This document shows positions 9,225 through 20,493 of a stretch of DNA of 64,000 bases, in pieces. Position 1 is the stretch's first letter. Every line of letters starts with the position of its first letter. The notes under the pieces are model-generated. The model was not told the DNA's origin and ran no database searches. It saw only the letters and a program-made list of their open reading frames with translations. The translations under genes and the position numbers were made by a program. The stretch comes from Candidatus Krumholzibacteriales bacterium. GTDB taxonomy: Bacteria; Krumholzibacteriota; Krumholzibacteriia; Krumholzibacteriales; WJIX01. The stretch is taken from positions 1 to 64,000 of the forward strand of contig JAWODM010000046.1 of the NCBI GenBank assembly GCA_046483305.1. The letters are read 5' to 3'.

Positions 9225-10686
9225 GTATTCCGCCTTCCCTGTAAGCTTTGATAATATCCCGGAGCCTCTCTTCCAGCCCTTCCCTGATCCCGCCGGCTCT
9301 GAAATCCCTTCCCGTGATCACCAGCCCCCCCGTATCCAGCCTGCCCCTGAGAAGATGGTACCTGGTGCCGAACAGCAGGATCAGGCCCAGGACCGACAAT
9401 CCTATGCCTGCCACTATAACCGGGGCGTGCGGCGACCTGCTGATCTCAAGCCCCGTATAGAAAACCGGCTCGATATATATAATCGAGAATCCTGCCGGGA
9501 TATCGAGGGTGGAGTGCATCGCCCTGTCCCCGGCAAAGGCCCATCCCCTCCCGGTACCGAAATCGCCGCTGACTTCCAGCCTGACCGCCGGATTCCTCAT
9601 CCTTCTTCCCTCGCTGTAAGCGCCCTCCGGCCCCATCCTGAAATCGGGTAGGTATTCAAGGACCCTGACGGTCCAGTCCCACTTCTTCAGTTTGACCTCA
9701 TCGCCCATGGCGGCGTTGAAAGCTTCAGTCTGATCCCCCCTCCGGCAGGCCAGGCGGACCCAGGAAAGCTCATCCTCGGCCACGTAATAGGCGCTCTGGT
9801 AGATATCGTATCCCTTATAGCTTACCGGGTGATTCACCTCCACCACCTTCCTGACGCCCTTCTCCCCCGCCTGCCCGGGCAGGCGGATGAAGGTCAGGTA
9901 ATCGGATACCGCGCCCTCTTCCGTTCTTACTATCCTGAATTCATCTATCCTGATCGAATCGGCGCTTCCGAACAGCGGAACGCTGTCTCCCTTCTTCCCG
10001 TAAACCAGCTCACTTTTTCCCTGGAAAGATCCGATCATACCCCCGATTGTGATAACCAGCAATCCGATGTGGAATACGAAGCTGCCGGGATAATGCCATC
10101 TTCCGCCCCGCGCCGAGAAGAGTATCTTCCCGTCCTTCTCGCTGGATCTGAGGGCGTACCTCTTCCTTCCCAGGAAACGGGCCGCCCTCCGGTACAGCTC
10201 GGGAAGAAAATCCTCATCGACCCGGAAAGGGGTTCCGTGTTCTCTGGCGTAATGGCCGGTTATATCATCCTTGTCCAGATTACTCCTGGCCAGGCTGCTC
10301 CAGCTGATTTCGATTCTGTTTCTCTTATCCGCTCCCTTCCCCGGCTCCGACGGCTCCGGGACGGTGAATGATTTCTTCAGGTAGCCCTGCCAGCCGGTCA
10401 GGATACAGGCCAGAAGAGTAATAAAAAAGAGCGCCAGTACGGACCGGTACCAGAAGGAATGGAAAGGGTCGTAGAGACGCAGAAAGGTTACCGCGCGGTA
10501 TCCGTTATCGCCCCACCTGTCGCGGAAGAACTCCTCCTGCATGGGGACGTTCCCGGGAAAGATCTCAGTGCTTATCCAGCCCATGGTGCTGGCTATGAGA
10601 AGGAGGGCGATAACCACCGCCGCGGTTTTCATCGAAATGATCCGCCAGCCGTTATTTGCTATGTTATTGTTATTCGATTCAGCCAA
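9208..10686 (-). CDS. resB: Cytochrome c biogenesis System II protein ResB/CcsB
   Basis: FHSFWY, FHIGLLVITIGG, VEVNHPVSYKGYDIYQ and YTGLEIS motifs; overlaps ccsA; TTG start. Confidence 0.88.
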   Translation of the reverse strand: MAESNNNNIANNGWRIISMKTAAVVIALLLIASTMGWISTEIFPGNVPMQEEFFRDRWGDNGYRAVTFLRLYDPFHSFWYRSVLALFFITLLACILTGWQGYLKKSFTVPEPSEPGKGADKRNRIEISWSSLARSNLDKDDITGHYAREHGTPFRVDEDFLPELYRRAARFLGRKRYALRSSEKDGKILFSARGGRWHYPGSFVFHIGLLVITIGGMIGSFQGKSELVYGKKGDSVPLFGSADSIRIDEFRIVRTEEGAVSDYLTFIRLPGQAGEKGVRKVVEVNHPVSYKGYDIYQSAYYVAEDELSWVRLACRRGDQTEAFNAAMGDEVKLKKWDWTVRVLEYLPDFRMGPEGAYSEGRRMRNPAVRLEVSGDFGTGRGWAFAGDRAMHSTLDIPAGFSIIYIEPVFYTGLEISRSPHAPVIVAGIGLSVLGLILLFGTRYHLLRGRLDTGGLVITGRDFRAGGIREGLEERLRDIIKAYREGGIHGTGS

Positions 10687-10855
10687 TATCCACCTCTGAA
10701 ACGAATCAGGACCCGGCCGATATGATTATATCGGGCGTAAGATTTATTCCCCGGATGGAAACGATTATATATCTGTTTGATAATATTTGCAATATGTGTA
10801 AAGCTCAATAATATTAAAACAATCATAAACTGAAGTGCCGGTTCCCGGAGGACCG

Positions 10856-12523
10856 ATGTTTTCAGATAATATTATATTTAAAAAAATACTGATCGTTCCC
10901 GCGGCTGTGCTGCTGATCCTTGCCGCCTCCGGATGTTCCGGGGATGAGACCGGGGCGAAGAACAGGTCCACCTTCTTAAAAATAAAAAAAGAAGCTATAT
11001 CCCTTTACACCTATCTTCACCCCCTGAAATCCTCGCGGGCGGGGATAACCGCCGCCGATTCGTCGCTTTTTATCTTCAGCCCGGATGAGCTTGCCGAAGC
11101 CGCGGTGCGGATCGAAAGGATCGCAACCGGTTTCTCCTCTCTGACCTCGGAGGGGCTCAGCCAAGAGGAGATAGATAATTCCAGGCTCATCATAAATTTC
11201 GTTCACGGAGAAAGGTTCGCGCTGAATAATATCCGGTACTTCACCAAACCGGTGATATACTGCTGGGCAGCCAGGGAAGCGCTCTGGGGTATCCCATCCA
11301 GAAGCGGCGAGCCCTACCGGGGGGAATTCGAAAACTATAGCAGGAGGGTGGGCAGGATACCGGAGCTGCTATCCAATGCAAGGAGTATGATAGTCAAGCC
11401 CTCCACCATGCATATCGAGATATCGCTGGATATAATAGATGAGCTCAGCGGGGAGATCCGGCGGCTTAGAGAGCTGCTGCTTTCCAGGTACGGCGCCGGC
11501 GGGGCGGAACTGGACAGGGCCTTCGGAGAAATAATGAAGTTCCGGAGATTCATATCGGATACCCTCTCGGCCAGGGCGAAGGGCAGTATAATACTGGGCA
11601 GGGAAAACCTGGCCGGCATATTCAGATACGAGGAGGACATCTCTGCCGATCCGGACTATCTGGTATCCAGAGCCGGAGAAAAGATGAAGGTCCTGAGACA
11701 GAACCTTGAAGGGTTTGCCGGGAGAATCAAAGCTGTAAACGTTGAGGAGCCGGATGACCCGCTGATCTATTTCTCCGGGGAAGCCCTCTCCGGCCTGGCA
11801 GAAAAACTGGCTGAGAGTGGAAAAGTCTTCGGCAGGAATAATGAGATCCCCGGTATCATCAGGCAGCATCCCGTCCGTTACCCCCGCGCCAACACATTCT
11901 TCTCCATACCTTTCGGAGAAAGAGACCTCATAGAATGGATTCCCCCTTACCTGGGGAACCCCCATTCAGCCCGGATCGCCGCCTCCGGCAGGCTGATGGA
12001 GCCGGGCGGCAAAAGGTTCAGGGAAAGCTCGGTAACCTTTGACCTGGCCAGGGCGGCCATACTTGCCGGATACTGCTCCTCCAGCTCTGATACAATCAGA
12101 ACCCTCTTTGGAAGCACAACCTACAAATACGGCCGGCTGGCCCGGAAGATAGACGCCTTCCTGAAGAATTACCGGGACGGCGGATTCCACCTGAGAAAAC
12201 GTTATATCGACTGGCAGCTCCTTAACCTGGCCAGGATGATAGTGGTGTTCAAGCTGCATGAAGGGAAATTCACCATAAAAGCCGCAGTTGATTTCTTCAC
12301 CGAAAGAGCGGGAGTAACAGACCGGGAAGCCATGATGTATATTAAAGAAGCCTACGTATCACCCTCGGCCGCATACCCCGGCATAGCCGATATTATTCTG
12401 TCGGATATTATATCGAAACTGGCAAAGACCGGGGATGAGAAGCTTCAGAGAATGGATACCGACGATATACTGAAGGATAATAAGCTGCTGCCGCTGCAGC
12501 AGATAGAGAAGAAGTATTTTTGA
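10856..12523 (+). CDS. DUF885-like lipoprotein (divergent)
   Basis: Lipobox LAASGC; RIPELLSNAR and LARMIVVFKLH...AAVDFF...YVSPSAAY resemble DUF885 segments; RBS GGAGG before ATG 10856. Confidence 0.6.
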   Translation: MFSDNIIFKKILIVPAAVLLILAASGCSGDETGAKNRSTFLKIKKEAISLYTYLHPLKSSRAGITAADSSLFIFSPDELAEAAVRIERIATGFSSLTSEGLSQEEIDNSRLIINFVHGERFALNNIRYFTKPVIYCWAAREALWGIPSRSGEPYRGEFENYSRRVGRIPELLSNARSMIVKPSTMHIEISLDIIDELSGEIRRLRELLLSRYGAGGAELDRAFGEIMKFRRFISDTLSARAKGSIILGRENLAGIFRYEEDISADPDYLVSRAGEKMKVLRQNLEGFAGRIKAVNVEEPDDPLIYFSGEALSGLAEKLAESGKVFGRNNEIPGIIRQHPVRYPRANTFFSIPFGERDLIEWIPPYLGNPHSARIAASGRLMEPGGKRFRESSVTFDLARAAILAGYCSSSSDTIRTLFGSTTYKYGRLARKIDAFLKNYRDGGFHLRKRYIDWQLLNLARMIVVFKLHEGKFTIKAAVDFFTERAGVTDREAMMYIKEAYVSPSAAYPGIADIILSDIISKLAKTGDEKLQRMDTDDILKDNKLLPLQQIEKKYF

Positions 12524-12530
12524 TGTTTAT

Positions 12531-14132
12531 TTATATTAACTCACCTGAACTGTAAACTATATCGCCGCCCACAACCGTTGCCAGAACCTCAATTTCAGAT
12601 ATCGCTTCAGGAGCAGCCTCATAAATATCCCGGGATATTACTACAAGATCGGCATCCATGCCAGGAGCTACCGAACCTCTTCTGTTCTCATCGAATGAAG
12701 CGAACGCGGCGTTCACGGTATACGCTTCCAGGGCCTGGAGCAGGGTCAGGCTTTCATTATCTGCCATTCCCTGTGGTTTGCCGCCGGCCGCAGCTCTGGT
12801 AACGGCGGCCTGGATGCCGGAGAAAGGATCGATGATTTTCTCAAAGGGAAGATCGGAACCCGCCGCGATCGCACACCCCGAATCGACAAGGCTTTTCCAG
12901 GGGTATGCCATACTCAGGCGCTCCCTTCCCAGCCGCCGCTCAAGCCAGCCCGAGTCCGACACGAAGTGGCTGAACTGCATGGAAGGTATAACCCCCAGGG
13001 AGTCGAACCTGGGAATATCAACGGGGTCTATCACCTGGGCGTGCTCTATCCGGTGCCTGAACCGCCGGCCCGGAAACTGGCCGAATACCTGTTCGAAAAC
13101 GTCCAGTGCCGTGCGGTTGGCCAGGTCCCCGATAGCGTGCACCGCCGTCTGAACAGACCGGCTGTGAAAGAACTCAATCCTGCGCCGGAGCTCCCCGCTG
13201 CCGGTTACTGTAATTCCCCGGTTGCCGGGGTCGTCGGAATAATCCTCTATCAGCGCGGCGGTCCTGGCCCCCAGAGAGCCGTCGGCGAAGAGTTTAACCC
13301 CCGGTACCGAGAGAAAATCGTTTTTCCGCCGTGCGGCATCTCTTACCTGGCCTGCGATACCTTCCGGATCTCCCGGCGTTCCGGGAAGGTATCCGGCGAC
13401 CCTCAACCGCAGATCGCCTCCGGCGGCAAGTTCAGCGTAGCTCTCCAGGGCATCGGCGGTCATCCCCATATCGTGGACGCCGGTTATGCCGAGAGAGAGC
13501 ATTTCTTCCGCCGCAGCGGCCAGCAGCTCTTTCCGGGCAGCCCCGGAGGGAGTATCGATCGCCGATCTGATTATATCGACAGCTTCATCCTGGACCAGTC
13601 CGTTCTCCCATATTACCCTTCCCCCGGCGGGGTCCGGCCCGCCCCTTTCCAGACCGGCGCGGGAAAGGGCGGCGGAGTTGACCAGCGCCGCGTGCCCGCA
13701 TATTCTCTCCAGAAAGACCGGGGTATCTCCGGCGGCCATATCCATGCTCTCCAGCGAGGGAAGGGCCGGATGGTTCATAGTATTCTGATCCCAGCCTCTT
13801 CCCAGTATCCAATCTCCCACGTTATTATCCATATGCCCGGCTACCGCGGAGATTATATCCGCAGCAGAACGCGCGCCGCTCAGGTCTATCCATCCCTTTT
13901 CACAGGCATACAGGTAGAGGTGAGTGTGGGAATCTGTCAGGCCTGGGAGTACTGTCCTGCCTCCCAGGTCGTATTTCTCAACAGCTCTTCCAGCCGCTGA
14001 AAGAAGCTCTTCAGAGGAACCTGCCCGCAGGATCTTCCCGTTATTAATCATAACCGCTTCCGCCTCCGGGAGGCGGCTGTCCATGGTAATCACCCTGCAG
14101 TTATAGAAAAGTCTTTTCACGGTATAACTCAC
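12531..14132 (-). CDS. YtcJ-like amidohydrolase (Amidohydro_3)
   Basis: PGLTDSHTH, KLFADGSLGARTA, HAIGDLAN, RIEHAQ, GSDLP. Confidence 0.9.
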   Translation of the reverse strand: MSYTVKRLFYNCRVITMDSRLPEAEAVMINNGKILRAGSSEELLSAAGRAVEKYDLGGRTVLPGLTDSHTHLYLYACEKGWIDLSGARSAADIISAVAGHMDNNVGDWILGRGWDQNTMNHPALPSLESMDMAAGDTPVFLERICGHAALVNSAALSRAGLERGGPDPAGGRVIWENGLVQDEAVDIIRSAIDTPSGAARKELLAAAAEEMLSLGITGVHDMGMTADALESYAELAAGGDLRLRVAGYLPGTPGDPEGIAGQVRDAARRKNDFLSVPGVKLFADGSLGARTAALIEDYSDDPGNRGITVTGSGELRRRIEFFHSRSVQTAVHAIGDLANRTALDVFEQVFGQFPGRRFRHRIEHAQVIDPVDIPRFDSLGVIPSMQFSHFVSDSGWLERRLGRERLSMAYPWKSLVDSGCAIAAGSDLPFEKIIDPFSGIQAAVTRAAAGGKPQGMADNESLTLLQALEAYTVNAAFASFDENRRGSVAPGMDADLVVISRDIYEAAPEAISEIEVLATVVGGDIVYSSGELI

Positions 14133-14313
14133 TTAAATTATTCTTCCCGGCAGCGAAATGATAACATAATTACATACCCGCCGCTTTAATTTTCCCCGAA
14201 CCTCACCGTCCTGAATCCGTATAATCCATATAATATATATGGAAAATTATTATCATGGTTGCCCGATTATTTATTATTAGTTATTATTACTGAAAATAAT
14301 ACAGGAGCGTTTG

Positions 14314-15141
14314 ATGAATTACTACAGAGGTCAGGGTTCAAACCCGGTGTTCGACTGGTTCAACCGCAATGCGGTAAACAAAATAATTGCGGCGAACGTA
14401 ATAATGTTCCTGCTGCAGATATTTCTCCAGCGGACCCCCTTTACATACTATCTGGCACTTCGCCCCTATCTGTTTATCAGAGGGTTCGTATGGCAGGCTG
14501 TGACCTATATGTTCCTCCACGCGGACCTTCTTCATATAGGCCTCAATATGTTCGTTATCTGGATGTTCGGGAGGCAGCTGGAATATGTCTGGGGAAGCAA
14601 CAGGTTCGTTAAATATTACTTTGTCTGCGGGCTTGGCGGAGCTGTCTTCAGCTTCATATTCTCATACAATAACCCCGTGATAGGAGCATCAGCGGCGGCT
14701 TACGGCCTTCTGCTGGCCTACGCTGTACTGTTCCCCCACAACCAGATATTCCTCTGGGGACTGTTCCCGGTGAGGGCCAGGACCCTGGTGATAGCCCTGA
14801 TAGTCATAGAACTCTTTTCAGGCATGACCAGAAGCGATAATATAGCCCATTTCGCTCATCTGGGCGGCATTGCAGCCGGCCTGTTCTACATAAGAACCGA
14901 TCACCGGGCCGGGGGGTTCATGGCCAGAATCAGAAAATTCTTCAATTCAATCCCCATAAAGATAGATTTCGGAGACAGCGGCGGCGATGAACCGGATTCA
15001 GGCGGCGAGGAGCCGCTTGACTATTCGCAGGGGAAGGTCGATTCCATCCTGGACAAGATTTCGGAGAAGGGTTACGGATCGCTGAGCGAGACCGAGCGCA
15101 GAATACTTGAGAAGTACTCCGAAAACGAAGATAAGAATTGA
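14314..15141 (+). CDS. Rhomboid intramembrane serine protease with DUF6576-like C-terminal tail
   Basis: HIGLNM, GASAA, AHFAHLGG; C-terminal VDSILDKISEKGYGSLSETERRIL. Confidence 0.9.
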   Translation: MNYYRGQGSNPVFDWFNRNAVNKIIAANVIMFLLQIFLQRTPFTYYLALRPYLFIRGFVWQAVTYMFLHADLLHIGLNMFVIWMFGRQLEYVWGSNRFVKYYFVCGLGGAVFSFIFSYNNPVIGASAAAYGLLLAYAVLFPHNQIFLWGLFPVRARTLVIALIVIELFSGMTRSDNIAHFAHLGGIAAGLFYIRTDHRAGGFMARIRKFFNSIPIKIDFGDSGGDEPDSGGEEPLDYSQGKVDSILDKISEKGYGSLSETERRILEKYSENEDKN

Positions 15142-15152
15142 TCTATCTGAAA

Positions 15153-15653
15153 TTATTCCCCGCTGAGAGAGTTTATGGCTTCCTGAAGTGATTTCCCCTC
15201 TTCATCGCTCAATTCCCTGGAAGGGGCGCCGTTCCTTACCTCTATGGAATAGCCCCTTGCGGAGTTTCTGGCTACCAGGTTGGAGAGAATGAATCCGTTC
15301 TTCTTCGGGGTCAGAAGGCATAGCGAGTAGCTCTGGTTTCCCCCGATATCGTCAAAGGCGTTGTAGCGGACCAGGCCCATGCCGCGGTAGAAATCTTCCA
15401 GCCCGGTGGTGATCGCCGCTATCTGCTCCGACTGCTTCTTGACATATTCCCGGTTCTGGTCTACGCCCTCCAGAAGCCTGGTGAGGGATTCCCTGGTCCC
15501 GGCGTTTTCGTACATCTCGGCCATGGCGCTGAAAGGTTTGCTGAGCCTGCTCAGCCTGTAAAGCAGGATCAGGGAAATAACCAGGGCGGCGGCCGCCAGT
15601 ATAAAGGTTGATGTTATAAAGAGCGCTGAGTTAGAAGAAACTAATTCATTCAA
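15153..15653 (-). CDS. DUF4446 family protein
   Basis: N-terminal TM helix, coiled coil, GLVRYNAFDDIGGNQSYSL...NGFILS motif. Confidence 0.8.
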   Translation of the reverse strand: MNELVSSNSALFITSTFILAAAALVISLILLYRLSRLSKPFSAMAEMYENAGTRESLTRLLEGVDQNREYVKKQSEQIAAITTGLEDFYRGMGLVRYNAFDDIGGNQSYSLCLLTPKKNGFILSNLVARNSARGYSIEVRNGAPSRELSDEEGKSLQEAINSLSGE

Positions 15654-15796
15654 TCTATAAACCTCCTGCTGTAATTCATGAACAACAGAATAAATTAACC
15701 CGGCTGGAATGTAAAGGGATAAACAGCAGAATATTACCGAAGTACAGGTATCGCTGAACGTCCCGTGTTAATATTTCAGAGAAAACAAAAAGATAA

Positions 15797-15881
15797 TGCC
15801 GAGGGCGGGATTTGAACCCGCACAAGCGTTTCGCTCACTACCCCCTCAAGATAGCGTGTCTACCAATTCCACCACCTCGGC
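15797..15881 (-). tRNA. tRNA-Leu(GAG), CCA not encoded
   Basis: GCCGAGGTGGTGGAATTGGTAGACACG-CTATC-TTGAGGG-GGTAG, long variable arm, GCGGGTTCAAATCCCGC-CCTCGGCA; classic position after secG. Confidence 0.96.
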
Positions 15882-15899
15882 AATAGTAATAAAATATAA

Positions 15900-16280
15900 T
15901 TATTCTGAAGTTGTATCAGCGCCAGCCGGCTCTTCGCCGGATCCCCGGAGTATCTCGTCAAGATCTTTCTGCGCTTCAGGAACCATGGTTCCCATCTCTC
16001 TCTGCTCTGCGGCCTTCCGCAGCACGCTCTCCTGTTCCTCGGTACCCCGGCTCGCGGACAGAAAGGCCAGGGAGAGGGATGTCACCATAAAAATCACCGC
16101 CAGATAGGTAGTGGCCTTACCAAGGAAAGAAGCCGCCTCGCGGCCTCCCATCACCGCCTGGCTACCCATACCGCCAAATGCCCCCGAAAGACCCCCGCCC
16201 TTGCTGGACTGCATCAGAACCACAATAACCAGAAGTATACAGGCTATTACATGAATTGTTACAAATATACTAAATATCAT
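15900..16280 (-). CDS. secG: Preprotein translocase subunit SecG
   Basis: VLMQSSKGGGLSGAFGG between two TM helices; tpiA-secG-tRNA-Leu synteny. Confidence 0.95.
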   Translation of the reverse strand: MIFSIFVTIHVIACILLVIVVLMQSSKGGGLSGAFGGMGSQAVMGGREAASFLGKATTYLAVIFMVTSLSLAFLSASRGTEEQESVLRKAAEQREMGTMVPEAQKDLDEILRGSGEEPAGADTTSE

Positions 16281-16371
16281 TTATTCACCAACCTCTCAGA
16301 TAGTTAGTTTAATTAATGAGAGGGTGTTAGTCAAATTAATAATGACGTGAAACGAATAATTCGGGCCTGCT

Positions 16372-17127
16372 CTAGACCGCCCGGATGATATCCAGGAACG
16401 AGCCCGCTTCGAGAGAGGCGCCTCCCACCAGGGCCCCGTCGATATCCTCTTCGCTGAGAAGCTGCTCCGCGTTGTCCGCTTTGACGCTGCCGCCGTACAT
16501 GATCACCATCTCTTCGGCCGCGCTGTCTCCTGAACTCCCTGATATCCAATCTCTTATAAACTCATGCATGGCGGCCGCATCCCCGGGTGTAGCGGTCTCT
16601 CCGGTCCCTATAGCCCACACCGGTTCGTAGGCAAGGATCACTTCGGACAGCTCCCGGTCGTCCAGTCCATCCAGGACTCCTTTCAGCTGCCTGCCTACCA
16701 CCTCTTCCGCCTTTCCCTCTTCTCTCTGTTTCAGAAGCTCTCCCACGCATAATACCGGGGTCAGTTTATGCTTAAGGGCCGCCCTCAGCTTTTTCGCCAG
16801 CAGGGGAGAATCCTCTCCGAAGATATGCCTTCTCTCCGAATGCCCCACCAGGCAGTACCGGCAGCCGGCGCTCTTGAGCATGGGCGCCGATATTTCGCCG
16901 GTATAGGCGCCTTTTTCTTCGAAATAGAGGTTCTGGCCGCCCACTCCGATATCGGAGCCTTTCAGGACTTCCACCACCGCGGGGATAGCGGTAAAGGGGG
17001 GAAAGAGAATTACCTCGCACTCTGCCGGTTCCCTGTCCAGGCCGCTGAGCAGGCCGGAAGCCAGCCTGGCCCCGGCACCGCCGTCCAGATTCATCTTCCA
17101 GTTCCCGGCAATGACAGTACTTCTCAT
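16372..17127 (-). CDS. tpiA: Triosephosphate isomerase
   Basis: AGNWKMN, GHSERR, AYEPVWAIGTG, LVGGASL. Confidence 0.98.
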   Translation of the reverse strand: MRSTVIAGNWKMNLDGGAGARLASGLLSGLDREPAECEVILFPPFTAIPAVVEVLKGSDIGVGGQNLYFEEKGAYTGEISAPMLKSAGCRYCLVGHSERRHIFGEDSPLLAKKLRAALKHKLTPVLCVGELLKQREEGKAEEVVGRQLKGVLDGLDDRELSEVILAYEPVWAIGTGETATPGDAAAMHEFIRDWISGSSGDSAAEEMVIMYGGSVKADNAEQLLSEEDIDGALVGGASLEAGSFLDIIRAV

Positions 17128-17153
17128 TACGCCCTCCTTTTTTATTCTTCCGT

Positions 17154-18341
17154 TCAGCCCTCCAGCGCACTGACCGCGGGAAGAACGCTCCCTTCCAGAA
17201 GAGTAAGAGAGGCTCCCCCGCCGGTGGAGATATGATCGATACTGCCGGCCAGATGAATGGAGTTCAGCGCTGATACGCTGTCACCACCGCCTACCACCGT
17301 GCGGGCGCCGGATTCCGCTATCGCCCCGGCAACCGCCCTGGTACCCTCCGCGAAATCTTCATTCTCGAAGATACCCATGGGGCCGTTCCAGAATATGGTC
17401 CCCGCACCGCTCAGTTCGCCGGCAAACATCTCGATGCTCTTCTCTCCTATATCAACGCCTACCCAGCCCTCCGGTATATCCCCCGATGAAACAGTCCTGA
17501 ACTCCGAATATCCGTCAGTATCTTCGGCCACCACCACGTCCACCGGCAGAAGTATTTTCTTTATTCCCTGTTCATCCCTGGTTTCCATCAGTTCCCTGCA
17601 CATCCGGAGATAATCGTCGTTCACTATGGAATCACCGGTCTCCAGCCCGGCCGCCTTGAAAAAGGTAAAGGCCATCGCGCCCCCGATGATTACCCTGTCC
17701 ACCAGACCCGCCAGGTTCTCGATCAGCTTTACCTTGCTGGATATCTTCACTCCGCCAAGAACCGCCACGAAGGGCCGCTCCGGGTCCTCCAGCAGAGAGC
17801 CCAGTATACGCAGCTCCTTCTCCAGAAGAAACCCGGCTCCTTTTCTCTCGAAGAGGATGGGGACTCCCACCGTGGAAGCGTGCGCCCGGTGGGCGGTTCC
17901 GAAAGCGTCGTTAACGTATATATCTCCCCACTTCGCCAGCCGGGAAGCAAATCCGGGATCATTATCCTTTTCGCCGGGGTAAAATCTCAGGTTCTCCAGA
18001 AGGAGGATTTCCCCCGGCTGAAGGCCCGAGACCATCTTTTCAACTTTCTCGCCCACACAGTCATCCACGAATTTTACCGGATAATCGGTAAGCTCGCCGA
18101 GCTTATGAGCTGCCACCTCCAGGCTCAGAGAAGAATCCCTCCTGCCGTCCGGCCTGCCCATATGAGACATCAGTACCAGGGACGCTTCCGAGCCGGTTAT
18201 GTGTTCTATACTGGGCAGCGCGGACCTGATCCTGGTATCGTCAGCGATCTCCCCGTGATAGGAGATGGGAACGTTGAAGTCCACCCGCATCAGCACCCTG
18301 GACCCCTTTAACTTTAACTCTTTCAATGTCTTCCAGGCCAT
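17154..18341 (-). CDS. pgk: Phosphoglycerate kinase
   Basis: RVDFNVP, LLENLRF, NDAFGTAHR, WNGPMG, STGGGASL. Confidence 0.98.
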   Translation of the reverse strand: MAWKTLKELKLKGSRVLMRVDFNVPISYHGEIADDTRIRSALPSIEHITGSEASLVLMSHMGRPDGRRDSSLSLEVAAHKLGELTDYPVKFVDDCVGEKVEKMVSGLQPGEILLLENLRFYPGEKDNDPGFASRLAKWGDIYVNDAFGTAHRAHASTVGVPILFERKGAGFLLEKELRILGSLLEDPERPFVAVLGGVKISSKVKLIENLAGLVDRVIIGGAMAFTFFKAAGLETGDSIVNDDYLRMCRELMETRDEQGIKKILLPVDVVVAEDTDGYSEFRTVSSGDIPEGWVGVDIGEKSIEMFAGELSGAGTIFWNGPMGIFENEDFAEGTRAVAGAIAESGARTVVGGGDSVSALNSIHLAGSIDHISTGGGASLTLLEGSVLPAVSALEG

Positions 18342-18359
18342 TTTCCCTCCCCGGAATTT

Positions 18360-19367
18360 CTATCTGGTGGCTATCCATTTAGCCATATCAACCATTCTCA
18401 TGGCATATCCGTACTCATTGTCATACCAGGCCAGGATCTTGAACACCCTGGGATTGATCTGCATGGTGGAGGAAGCGTCGAATATCGACGAATACGGATT
18501 ACCAACCACATCCACCGACACAACCGGATCCTCCGTATATTCCAGTATCCCTCTCAGGGATCGGCCCGCCGCCTGTTTCATCGCGGCGTTTACCTTCTCC
18601 ACGGTGGCGTTCTTCTTCAGCCCCACAGTCAGATCGACCAGCGAGCCGTCCGGAGTGGGCACCCTCACCGCTATCCCGTTCATCTTTCCCTTCAGCCTGG
18701 GCATTACCACACCCACCGCCTTTGCCGCTCCCGTGGACGTCGGGATCATGGAGACCGCGCATGCCCTGGCCCTGCGGTAGTCCTTCTTGTGAGGGGCGTC
18801 AAGTACGTTCTGATCGTTGGTATAGGCGTGAATGGTGGTCATCAGCCCGTAGGATATCCCGAACTTCTTGTCCAGCACGCTGGCAACCGGAGCCAGGCAG
18901 TTGGTGGTGCAGGAAGCCGTGGAAATAATGTCATGCTTGCTCTTTCTGTACTTCCGGTGATTAACCCCCATCACTATCATGATATCGGCATCCGGAGAGG
19001 GCGCCGATATGATAACCTTTCCGGCGCCGGCATCCAGGTGCTTGGCGGCATCCTTTCTCTTTCTGAAAAATCCGGTCGACTCTATTACTATATCCACCCG
19101 GTGCCTGGTCCAGGGGAGCTTGGCGGGATCGGGCTCCGCGTATACCTTGAACTTGTTTGACCCGGCCTTTATATGCCCGCTCTTGAGGGCCTTTACATCT
19201 CCCGGGTACCTGCCGTGAACCGAATCGTACTTCAGAAGATGAGCCAGCATCTCGGCGTCGGTCAGATCGTTGACCGCCACCAGATTGAACTTCTTATCCC
19301 CCGCCAGCCCGCGTGCTACCAGCCTTCCTATTCTGCCGAATCCATTGATAGCTACCTTAATAGCCAT
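18360..19367 (-). CDS. gap: Type I glyceraldehyde-3-phosphate dehydrogenase
   Basis: INGFGRIGR, ASCTTNCLAP, WYDNEYGY. Confidence 0.98.
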   Translation of the reverse strand: MAIKVAINGFGRIGRLVARGLAGDKKFNLVAVNDLTDAEMLAHLLKYDSVHGRYPGDVKALKSGHIKAGSNKFKVYAEPDPAKLPWTRHRVDIVIESTGFFRKRKDAAKHLDAGAGKVIISAPSPDADIMIVMGVNHRKYRKSKHDIISTASCTTNCLAPVASVLDKKFGISYGLMTTIHAYTNDQNVLDAPHKKDYRRARACAVSMIPTSTGAAKAVGVVMPRLKGKMNGIAVRVPTPDGSLVDLTVGLKKNATVEKVNAAMKQAAGRSLRGILEYTEDPVVSVDVVGNPYSSIFDASSTMQINPRVFKILAWYDNEYGYAMRMVDMAKWIATR

Positions 19368-19388
19368 TTCAGTCCTCCTTAAGGAAAT

Positions 19389-20333
<945 letters not shown>

Positions 20334-20493
20334 CTATGAATATTCACTGCGCTAATGATATATCGCTGCCGCGGGCCGGCCTTACGGCCGAGCGGGCATT
20401 CAGTTACCTTATTTTGATATTGAAACAGAAAAAGTTAAGAGCTTCAACATTTAATTTGCAAATCTAAACAGAGATACGAGCCAGCGTGAATTT

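Noticed and set aside
15153..15881. tRNA-Leu as the integration site of an island
   Set aside because: No integrase, and no duplicated tRNA 3' end was seen in the window.
15796..16107. 103-aa plus-strand ORF (MPRAGFEPA...)
   Set aside because: It is the antisense translation of tRNA-Leu and secG.
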